Assembly: GCA_029941565.1 (NCBI GenBank)
Contig: JAPYRN010000003.1
Location: 107,358 to 171,357, forward strand
DNA length: 64,000 nucleotides
Source: Candidatus Latescibacterota bacterium
GTDB taxonomy: Bacteria > Latescibacterota > UBA2968 > UBA8231
Direction of reading: 5' to 3'
Position numbers and translations under genes: made by a program. The notes below the pieces were generated by a model. It did not search any database. It saw nothing but the letters and a program-made list of their open reading frames with translations, and was not told the origin of the DNA. Below are positions 49,958 through 57,581 of the stretch, one piece after another (the stretch's first letter is position 1; every line of letters starts with the position of its first letter).

Positions 49958-50505
49958 CAGCGACTATCTCCCGGCGCGCCCGTAAGCGAACGGATCTCGT
50001 CCAGCAACTCGTCGAGTGCTAGGTCATGGACTGGTAATGCAGCGGCGCGAGCCGAGCCCTGGAAGCGCAGACCGTCAAAGTCGCGACGCACCCGTGGGGC
50101 GGTCTGCGGCTGCCGGCGAACACGAAAGTCCCCTTGCGCAAGGCCGACAGGCCAGACCCGTCCGGCGCCGTCCAGACCCGAGAGGAAGAGGACGACTTCT
50201 TCGTCGGGCATGAAGGCAGGCATGCCGGAGATGTGATAGCGGATGCCGTCGATTTCGCCACCCGGTAAGAGCACACTCAAGGTATCGATCGTCGTCATCC
50301 CTTTGAGCGGTTCCACGACAACGAAGCGCACGTGGGTGACGGGATCCCCATCGATCAGATCGGCTTGAGTATCGATACAGACGCCGTGAAAGATCTGCCG
50401 AGAACGCCCGGTCAAGTCGCTGATACTCAAGGGGAGAACGGTGGAGGCTGCGGCCCTTTCGCAAGCGCACAGCAGCAACAGCGCCAGCAGCGCCATGACT
50501 GGCAT
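49957..50505 (-). CDS. Hypothetical secreted protein upstream of, and overlapping, the metalloprotease gene
   Basis: Track ORF 49957..50535. Met at 50505 gives a signal-peptide or lipoprotein-like N-terminus (MPVMALLALLLLCACE). No recognisable domain. Confidence 0.4.
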   Translation of the reverse strand: MPVMALLALLLLCACERAAASTVLPLSISDLTGRSRQIFHGVCIDTQADLIDGDPVTHVRFVVVEPLKGMTTIDTLSVLLPGGEIDGIRYHISGMPAFMPDEEVVLFLSGLDGAGRVWPVGLAQGDFRVRRQPQTAPRVRRDFDGLRFQGSARAAALPVHDLALDELLDEIRSLTGAPGDSR

Positions 50506-50589
50506 TTTTTTGGCTTTTCGTTCTCGACTGAGCAAGGCAATGCACTCCGCTATGGGGAGAGTGTGGCTGTTAGACGCATCAACCGAGCT

Positions 50590-51428
50590 TTCGTTGCACG
50601 TCTCAGGTCAACAAAGCTTCGATGACAATGTCGTGCAGTTTGGGTCGCAGCTGCTGAAAGCCTCGGTCCCCTCTGTCCGGGTGCACACGATTGGTGAGCA
50701 GGATCACGTAAAGATCCAGCTTCGGGTCGATCCATAGTGACGTGCCAGTAAACCCGGTGTGGCCATACGCTGCGATGGAGAAACGACTGCCGGAGGGTCC
50801 GTCCGCGCCGGGTTTCTCCCAACCAAAAGCACGATTTGAGTCTGCAGGGGATCGTCGATAGGAGCGTACAACTCACCGGCACGGATCCCATCGAGGCGAT
50901 CACCTCCCAGATGCTCTAGCAGATCGCCGATGAGGATAGGGCTGATGTCGCTATACACCGTCTGTTGACCCGACGCACCTGACAATGGCGCTTGCAGGAA
51001 TCGCTGCATGGCGGCGCGCCGCCATGCGTTGCTCCACTCGAGTCCGGTGCCGTATCCCGTCGCAGGCGAAGCCCGGATGTCAGTCCTGCGGCGCGGCACA
51101 TGAGCAGCCGCACGGTGAGGGCCCGCTTGTTTTCAGGGTAGTAGTCCGGCAACAGGTCGCCGATGGGGGCATCGACATCGAGCTGACCTGACGTCGCCCA
51201 TTTCATGGCCAACCAGGTTGTGGCCAGGACCTTGGTAAGTGACGCCAGGTCATACAGCGTCGTCGACGTCAGGGGCCGTACCGTCGGTGTGATCTGCGCT
51301 TGACCGATCGGAATTTCGTGTCGCCCGCCAGCGCTACGAGCAGCGATCAGCGTGGCACCTGCCAAAATGCCATCGTCAACGGCATTGCGCAGCGCCGCAT
51401 CGACGTGTAAGAAAGGGTAGGAATTCAC
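50590..51428 (-). pseudogene. Beta-lactamase-family serine hydrolase (class C/esterase-like) split across three frames
   Basis: Frame 1 reads TLYDLASLTKVLATT (S-x-x-K) ...LTVRLLMCRAAGLTSG. Frame 2 reads YGTGLEWSN...YSDISPILIGDLLEHLGGDRL. Frame 3 reads GSRFSIAAYGHTGFTGTSLWIDPKLDLYVILLTNRVHPDRGD...KLHDIVIEALL. Confidence 0.55.
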
Positions 51429-51441
51429 GGTAATGCTTTCG

Positions 51442-51470
51442 TTGACACTCCTATGGGGGCTGGTTACATT
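51442..51470 (+). promoter_or_regulatory. Sigma-70-type promoter TTGACA-N17-TACATT upstream of the merR-like gene
   Basis: TTGACA at 51442-51447 and TACATT at 51465-51470. A palindrome ACGTCAcTTGACGT (51490-51503) lies in the 5' UTR. Confidence 0.4.
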
Positions 51471-51517
51471 CGCCTAAATACGGGAAGATACGTCACTTGA
51501 CGTCCCCCGCCTCAACA

Positions 51518-51979
51518 ATGCAGATCGGTGACCTGGCAGAACGCGCCGGTGTCTCGACGCGCACCATCCGTTACTATGAAGAGCTCGGTCTCGTCGAGCC
51601 CATGGAACGGACCAATGGCGGTTTTAGACGCTATTGCGAAGATCAGTTGCGGCGACTGCAGATCATCCAGGGCCTCAAATGTCTGGGCTTCGATCTGGAA
51701 CAGGTCAGGCATCTGTTCGCCTTGCGCGACAAAGCTGAGACCGGTGGTGATCTGGCACGGCAAATGATCGATATCCTGCAGACGCAGCAGCAGGAGATTG
51801 ACGCCAAGATCGCCCAGTATAAAGAACTGCGCGAGCGCAATCGTAGTGGTATCGATGTCTTGCGGGGCTGTCTATGCTGTCGCATTAAGGTTTTTGAGCG
51901 TGACTGCCACAACTGCGAATCGTATCAGTGTCATGACGAGGTCCCCGATCTCGTCGAGTGTGCCATTTTTGGCGGCTAG
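51518..51979 (+). CDS. MerR-family transcriptional regulator with Cys-rich C-terminal tail
   Basis: Track ORF 51497..51979. Start ATG 51518 (MQIGDLAERAGVSTRTIRYYEELGLV). Coiled-coil dimerisation region, then GCLCCRIKVFERDCHNCESYQCHDE (6 Cys plus 2 His). Confidence 0.8.
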   Translation: MQIGDLAERAGVSTRTIRYYEELGLVEPMERTNGGFRRYCEDQLRRLQIIQGLKCLGFDLEQVRHLFALRDKAETGGDLARQMIDILQTQQQEIDAKIAQYKELRERNRSGIDVLRGCLCCRIKVFERDCHNCESYQCHDEVPDLVECAIFGG

Positions 51980-51990
51980 GGGATTAGACC

Positions 51991-52323
51991 ATGCTGACCG
52001 TTTCTGAAGAGGCCTGCACCAAGATCCTCAGCCTTCTCGAACAGGAGAAGCCACAAGGTGGTGCGCAGCGGGGCCTGCGTGTCGCCGTCAAGGGCGGTGG
52101 CTGCTCCGGCTTTCAATACAAACTTGATTTCGAGGACGAACCGGGGGATATGGACCAGGTCATCGAGTCCAATGGTGTGCGCATATTCGTCGATCCCAAG
52201 AGCAGTCTTTATCTCAATGGCGTCATTCTGCGATATGATGACGGCTTGATGGGAGCCGGTTTCCAGGTCGAAAATCCCAATGCGCGCACAACCTGTGGCT
52301 GCGGCGAGTCCTTCAGCATCTGA
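51991..52323 (+). CDS. A-type Fe-S cluster carrier (HesB/IscA/ErpA/SufA family)
   Basis: GGGCSGFQY...TCGCGESF; 110 aa. Confidence 0.85.
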   Translation: MLTVSEEACTKILSLLEQEKPQGGAQRGLRVAVKGGGCSGFQYKLDFEDEPGDMDQVIESNGVRIFVDPKSSLYLNGVILRYDDGLMGAGFQVENPNARTTCGCGESFSI

Positions 52324-53554
52324 GCCGCCCGATCTCGATCCTTCGGGTGGCGGTCCCGCGACCCCGATCTATCTAGACCATCTTGCAACGACACCCCTGG
52401 ACCCACGGGTCCTGGAGGTGATGTTGCCGTATCTCCGTGAGAATTTTGGCAATCCTTCCAGCCGCACCCACGATTTCGGTCTGCATGCCGCCGCCGCTGT
52501 CGAGGCCGCGCGCGGCCATGTGGCAGCACTTGTTGGGGCGACGGCGAGAGAGGTCGTCTTTACCAGCGGCGCAACGGAAGCGAACAACCTGGCGATCAAA
52601 GGGACCTGTGCCGCCTGGGCCGGCCAGGGCGCTCACCTGGTAACCTGCGCGACCGAGCATCATGCCGTGCTCGACGTCTTCGACAGTCTGGAGCGTTCCG
52701 GACAAGGGTTCCGGGTTACCCGCGTCGCTGTGGATCACCAAGGGATCATCGACCTACCCGCCTTGGCGGCAGCCCTCGACGACGAGGCGCGCCTGCTGTC
52801 GGTGATGGCGGCGAACAACGAAACAGGCGTGCTACAACCCCTGGAGCAGATCGCCCGTTGTCTGCAAGGCAGGAACGTGATCTGGCACTGTGATGCAGCG
52901 CAGGGGGTGGGCAAGATTCCGCTCGACTTGCGGCGAATTCCTATCGATTTGCTGTCCCTGTCGGCACATAAGATGTATGGCCCTAAAGGGCAGGGCGCGT
53001 TGTTCGTGCGCCGCCGCCGCCCACCACTGCGACTGGCCGCCCAAATCGAGGGTGGCGGCCAGGAACGGGGGCTGCGATCGGGGACGCTCAACGTCGCTGG
53101 CATCGTCGGTCTGGGTGAAGCTTGCCGTCTCTGCCAACAGGAGAGAGCACCTGAGGCTGAGCGGCTCACGCAACTGCGCGACAGCCTGCAGCAGTGCCTG
53201 GTCCACGCCTTCGGCGCCGCTGTGGTCGTCAACGGCGGGGCAGCGGTACGATTGCCAAATGCGCTCAATGTCTCCTTCCCCGACAGCCACGTTGCCGAAC
53301 TGCTGCCCCGTCTTCGTGACGTCGCGCTGTCGTCAGGATCTGCCTGTTCATCCGGCGCCGATACGCCTTCCCATGTGCTGGCTGCCATGGGTCTGGATGT
53401 GGCGACGGCAGCGGCATCACTGCGTTTCGGTCTGGGTCGAACGACCACTTTGGAGGAAGTGGAATGGGCAGCTAGACGAGTAATTACCGAAGTACGCTCT
53501 TGCGGTAAGCGACAGCGTCCCTACGTTTTTAGTCTCAAACCAAATCAACCCTGA
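52280..53554 (+). CDS. Cysteine desulfurase (NifS/IscS class I aminotransferase-V fold)
   Basis: IYLDHLATTPLDPRV...SGATEANNLAIKG...LSAHKMYGPKG...SSGSACSS. The start overlaps the iscA-like gene; GTG 52295 is also possible. Confidence 0.88.
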   Translation: MRAQPVAAASPSASEPPDLDPSGGGPATPIYLDHLATTPLDPRVLEVMLPYLRENFGNPSSRTHDFGLHAAAAVEAARGHVAALVGATAREVVFTSGATEANNLAIKGTCAAWAGQGAHLVTCATEHHAVLDVFDSLERSGQGFRVTRVAVDHQGIIDLPALAAALDDEARLLSVMAANNETGVLQPLEQIARCLQGRNVIWHCDAAQGVGKIPLDLRRIPIDLLSLSAHKMYGPKGQGALFVRRRRPPLRLAAQIEGGGQERGLRSGTLNVAGIVGLGEACRLCQQERAPEAERLTQLRDSLQQCLVHAFGAAVVVNGGAAVRLPNALNVSFPDSHVAELLPRLRDVALSSGSACSSGADTPSHVLAAMGLDVATAAASLRFGLGRTTTLEEVEWAARRVITEVRSCGKRQRPYVFSLKPNQP

Positions 53555-53569
53555 GCGGGAGAAGGCATC

Positions 53570-54760
53570 ATGGCTCTGACATCGAGCCAGCTTCTCGAAG
53601 AAGTCAAGAAGTCAATCAAAGAGGTTACTCCTGACGACGTCAGGCGCGGGCTGCAGTCCGGTGATATCCAGCACGTGATCGACGTGCGCGAGCGCGACGA
53701 AGTGATGGACGGATATATCCCCGAAGCGCATCTGATTCCGCGCGGCTTTCTCGAACTGAATGTCGAAGAGGATGTGTCGATGGATCGCAGTGAGTCCATC
53801 GCCCTCTACTGTGCCGGCGGCAATCGTTCTGCCTTGGCGGCGCGTGATCTGATCGCCATGGGTTACTCGAACGTGAGTTCCATGATCGGCGGCATCAAAG
53901 GCTGGAAGGACGCGGGTCTGAAGATCCAGACCGGCGGGTTGCTGACAGAAGAGGACATGCAGCGCTACTCACGGCATCTCATCCTGCCGGAGGTCGGCGA
54001 ACAAGGCCAGCAGAAGCTGTTGCAGGGCAAAGTGCTCCTCATCGGCGCCGGTGGTCTCGGATGCCCGACGGCCCTCTACCTGGCTGCGGCGGGCATCGGC
54101 AAGATCGGTCTCGTCGATGCGGATGTCGTCGACAAGAGCAACCTGCAGCGCCAGGTGCTGTTCGGTGAGAGTGATGTGGGCCGGCCCAAGGTCGAAGTCG
54201 CACGCGAACGTCTCCTGGACCTGAATCCGGGAATCGAGATCGTCGCGCACCACGATCTGATGACATCGCACAATGCCTTCGACATCATGGCAGACTACGA
54301 TATCATCGTCAACGGCTGCGACAATTTTCCGACGCGGTATCTGGTCAATGATGCGGCGGTACTGACTGGCAAGCCAGTCGTCGATGGCAGCATCTTCCGC
54401 TTCGAGGGTCAGGCGACGGTGTATGACTCCGCCGCCGGCGGCCCATGCTACCGCTGCCTGTATCCGGAGCCGCCGCCCCCCGGTGAGGTCCCCAGCTGCT
54501 CAGAAGGTGGTGTTCTGGGCGTATTGCCGGGTACCATCGGGTTGGTGCAAGCCACAGAGGTGGTCAAGCTCGTACTGGGCAAAGGGGAGCCGCTCGTAGG
54601 TCGCATGCTTCTCTACGATGCGCTGGATATGAAATTTCGCGAGCTCAAACTACGACGCAACGCCGAGTGCCCCGTATGTGGTGATGCACCCACGGTGAAG
54701 GAGTTGATCGACTACGACATTTTCTGCGGCTTGCCGGGACATTCTGAGGCTGCAGGCTGA
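53570..54760 (+). CDS. Rhodanese (N-terminal) fused to MoeB/ThiF-type E1-like adenylyltransferase
   Basis: Rhodanese with active-site YCAGGNRS; ThiF domain with GAGGLGCP nucleotide motif, catalytic Cys (SCSEGGVLG) and CxxC...CxxC zinc site. Confidence 0.8.
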   Translation: MALTSSQLLEEVKKSIKEVTPDDVRRGLQSGDIQHVIDVRERDEVMDGYIPEAHLIPRGFLELNVEEDVSMDRSESIALYCAGGNRSALAARDLIAMGYSNVSSMIGGIKGWKDAGLKIQTGGLLTEEDMQRYSRHLILPEVGEQGQQKLLQGKVLLIGAGGLGCPTALYLAAAGIGKIGLVDADVVDKSNLQRQVLFGESDVGRPKVEVARERLLDLNPGIEIVAHHDLMTSHNAFDIMADYDIIVNGCDNFPTRYLVNDAAVLTGKPVVDGSIFRFEGQATVYDSAAGGPCYRCLYPEPPPPGEVPSCSEGGVLGVLPGTIGLVQATEVVKLVLGKGEPLVGRMLLYDALDMKFRELKLRRNAECPVCGDAPTVKELIDYDIFCGLPGHSEAAG

Positions 54761-54818
54761 GAAGACCAACCTCCGTCAATCCAACCGACGCCACACGACG
54801 TGACTGGGGCGACCATCT

Positions 54819-55460
54819 GTGGGTGGTCGCCCCTTGTTCGTTGACCTCCAGACAACGGGAACCGCAGTGAGTTCATCCTTGCTGATACAGCTCGACGAAG
54901 AATCGGACGACGATCCGATCCTGAATCTGGCGACCTTTTTTGCCAATGATCACCCTATTGAGGTCGAACTCGGCTTCGGCAAGGGCAGATTCCTGCTCGA
55001 TGCCGCCCAGCGTCGACCGGCGCACAACTTTATCGGTGTCGAAGTCGCCAGCAAATACCTTCGCCTTGCCCACGGCCGGGCCCGTAGGCGGGAGCTGCAA
55101 AATTTGCGGTTCATTCATGGGGACGCTCGTGAATTCGTCGAATTTTTCGTCCCCGCCGAGTCGGTGCACGCCGTGCACGTGTACTTTCCTGATCCCTGGC
55201 CCAAGAAGAAGCATCACAAGCGTCGCCTCATCGACGCGGGCTTTCTCTCCGAGGCGTGGCGCATTCTCCAGCCAGAAGGGCGGCTGTGGATCGCCACCGA
55301 CCATGACGAGTATTACGAGGTGATCCTGGAGGCATTTGAATCTTTCGACCAGCACTTCGACCTGATCGAGGCGCCATGGAATGGGGTGACGACGAACTAT
55401 GAGGACAAGTTCGTCAGTCTGGGGAGCACCATTCACAGGCGTATTGTGGCAAAAATCTGA
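54819..55460 (+). CDS. trmB: tRNA (guanine46-N7)-methyltransferase
   Basis: IEVELGFGKGRFLLDAA...FIGVEV...VYFPDPWPKKKHHKRR. Confidence 0.88.
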   Translation: MGGRPLFVDLQTTGTAVSSSLLIQLDEESDDDPILNLATFFANDHPIEVELGFGKGRFLLDAAQRRPAHNFIGVEVASKYLRLAHGRARRRELQNLRFIHGDAREFVEFFVPAESVHAVHVYFPDPWPKKKHHKRRLIDAGFLSEAWRILQPEGRLWIATDHDEYYEVILEAFESFDQHFDLIEAPWNGVTTNYEDKFVSLGSTIHRRIVAKI

Positions 55461-55692
55461 AGCACATATCCCTGGTACTCCCCCATACACCACCCTGCGC
55501 CGCCCGCCGCTGATTCTCTCTGTATTCTGATCCATCCACGCTGTTGATTTGAAGAAATTTGCGTATGCTTGTGCCGTTGCATGATTGGCCTTGAATAGAC
55601 CGGTATGTGGTCTGGTAGAGCAATGTAAATAAATTATTTACAACATCTTACATAATCACCTCAGAAAACATTAAGAGCAGAGGCGTTTTCCC

Positions 55693-55763
55693 TTGACATG
55701 TCTGATCTGGAGAGGTTATCATATGGTGTGGTGGAAAATGGTGTATAAGGGTGTCTATTGGAG
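55693..55763 (+). promoter_or_regulatory. Pmra-type promoter (TTGACA-N18-TATCAT) followed by MraZ-box direct repeats with 10-bp phasing
   Basis: TTGACA at 55693-55698 and TATCAT at 55717-55722. Pentamers TGGTG/TGGTG/TGGTG/GGGTG/TGGAG sit at 55724, 55729, 55739, 55749 and 55759, about 60-95 nt upstream of mraZ. Confidence 0.5.
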
Positions 55764-55820
55764 GAGTTTCCTTCCTGACACCTGTGAGGTGAACTTTCCT
55801 CCTCGACTGGATGCAGGCCC

Positions 55821-56267
55821 GTGGCGACGCAGTTTCTCGGTGAGTATGAAGTCCCCGTGGACGACAAAGGCAGGATCTTTCTGCCTGCCGAGTTGCGTCG
55901 CAATCTCGAACCGGAGGAGGATGACACGCTGATCGTCGTCCGTGGGCTGGATGGCTGTCTGACCGCCCACCCCCGAAATTCCTGGGCGCAGATTGCCGAG
56001 CGAATGCAGCAACTTCCACAGACTGAACAGAAGGTGCGACTGTACTACCGAGGGACGCTGTCCCAGGCGGCAGAGCTCAAGTTGGACCGTCAGGGGCGTG
56101 TTTCGGTACCGCGCAAGTTATTGGCCAGGGCAGGGATCACGGATCGCATGGTGGTGATCGGTGGTCTCGACCATCTGGAATTCTGGAATCCTGAAGCCTG
56201 GCAGGTATGTCTGGATCAGGCAGAAAGTTCATTGGAAGAGGTGGCGGAAACTCTCGATCTGTCGTGA
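55821..56267 (+). CDS. mraZ: Division/cell-wall cluster transcriptional regulator MraZ
   Basis: Two SpoVT/AbrB-like repeats (DDKGRIFLPAELR ... DRQGRVSVPRKLL). Confidence 0.85.
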   Translation: MATQFLGEYEVPVDDKGRIFLPAELRRNLEPEEDDTLIVVRGLDGCLTAHPRNSWAQIAERMQQLPQTEQKVRLYYRGTLSQAAELKLDRQGRVSVPRKLLARAGITDRMVVIGGLDHLEFWNPEAWQVCLDQAESSLEEVAETLDLS

Positions 56268-56310
56268 CGGGGGGACTGTCACCAACGCCTGGGAAGGTCG
56301 GTGCAGAGGA

Positions 56311-57291
56311 GTGGATCTTCCGTATCACGTTCCCGTTATGGCGCAGGAAGTTGTCGCCGGACTGATCGTCGACGATGACGGCGTGTATATCGATGTAACG
56401 ACCGGAGGCGGGGGGCACAGCGAGGCCATCTTGCTGGCACTAGGATCGTCAGGGCATCTGCTGGCATGTGATCGAGATTCGGCGGCTATGAACGAGGCGG
56501 GCCGCCGACTCGCCCCGCACAGCGGGCGGGTGATCTTTCTCCAGTGCGCGTTTTCCTCCCTCACCCGGTCGGCGGCCCCACACTTGCGGCGGCTCTTGCA
56601 GGCTCCTGATGTGAGAGTGGCCGCAGGGGGGGCGAAGGTAAGCGGGATGCTCTTCGATCTGGGCGTCAGTTCGCACCAGATCGACGCATCAGAGCGGGGT
56701 TTCAGCTATCACCGAGACGGACCGCTGGACATGCGCATGGACCGCAATGCTGGAGTGCCTGCGGGACAGTTGCTGGCGCAGATCAAGGAGAGCGATCTGG
56801 TGGGGTTGATTTTTCGCTATGGCGAGGAACGGAATGCGCGCCGCATCGCTCGCAGCATTTGCAGAGCTCGAGACGAAGTCGCTCTGAACTCTACGGCGGA
56901 TCTTACCCGTGCCATCGAGATGACAAATCCGCAGATGCCGAACAAGACTCTTGCCCGCGTATTTCAGGCCTTGCGCATCGCCGTGAACGATGAGTTAGGT
57001 GAACTGGAGCGTGGTCTCGATGCGGCAATCGAACTGTTGCGACCCGGTGGGCGACTGGCCGTTATCGCCTACCACTCCCTCGAAGATCGCATCGTCAAAC
57101 AGAAATTCGTGCGGCTCGAAAAGGGCTGTATCTGCCCACCAGCGTTGCCCGCCTGTGCCTGTGGTCTTGTGCCCACATTCCGCTCTGCGGGCAAAAGAAG
57201 GCGAGCCACCGAGGCTGAGATCGAGGCCAACCCACGGGCTCGAAGTGCTGTGTTGCGTGTGTACGAAAAACTCGGAGAGGTATCGGTGTGA
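56311..57291 (+). CDS. rsmH: 16S rRNA (cytosine1402-N4)-methyltransferase RsmH
   Basis: Track ORF 56161..57291. The start is probably GTG 56311 or ATG 56338. YIDVTTGGGGHSEAIL...LFDLGVSSHQID.... Confidence 0.88.
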   Translation: MDLPYHVPVMAQEVVAGLIVDDDGVYIDVTTGGGGHSEAILLALGSSGHLLACDRDSAAMNEAGRRLAPHSGRVIFLQCAFSSLTRSAAPHLRRLLQAPDVRVAAGGAKVSGMLFDLGVSSHQIDASERGFSYHRDGPLDMRMDRNAGVPAGQLLAQIKESDLVGLIFRYGEERNARRIARSICRARDEVALNSTADLTRAIEMTNPQMPNKTLARVFQALRIAVNDELGELERGLDAAIELLRPGGRLAVIAYHSLEDRIVKQKFVRLEKGCICPPALPACACGLVPTFRSAGKRRRATEAEIEANPRARSAVLRVYEKLGEVSV

Positions 57292-57581
57292 ATAGGATCT
57301 TCGGAGACTGGCTGCGACTGCTCATCGTCGTCGGGCTCGTCAGCGCAACGACTGGATACGTGTGGGTGAAGGTCCAGATCACGGAGACCGCAATGGGCAT
57401 CGCTCAGGCGCAGAAGAGTTCTGAGGCTCTGCGCCAGACACGCTCGAAGCTTCAAGCTGCCGTCGATCTGGCACAGCGTCCAGGTGTGTTACGTGTCCGG
57501 GCGACACGCGAGTTACAGATGGTTGATGCCACTGTGTTGACCACGTCCGAGTTGATCGTCGGAGCGAATCTCGGTGGCTGA
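57288..57581 (+). CDS. ftsL: Cell division protein FtsL-like (single TM plus coiled coil)
   Basis: 97 aa. GTG start overlaps the rsmH stop. TM WLRLLIVVGLVSATTGYVWV then a coiled coil. Position between rsmH and ftsI. Confidence 0.6.
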   Translation: MNRIFGDWLRLLIVVGLVSATTGYVWVKVQITETAMGIAQAQKSSEALRQTRSKLQAAVDLAQRPGVLRVRATRELQMVDATVLTTSELIVGANLGG

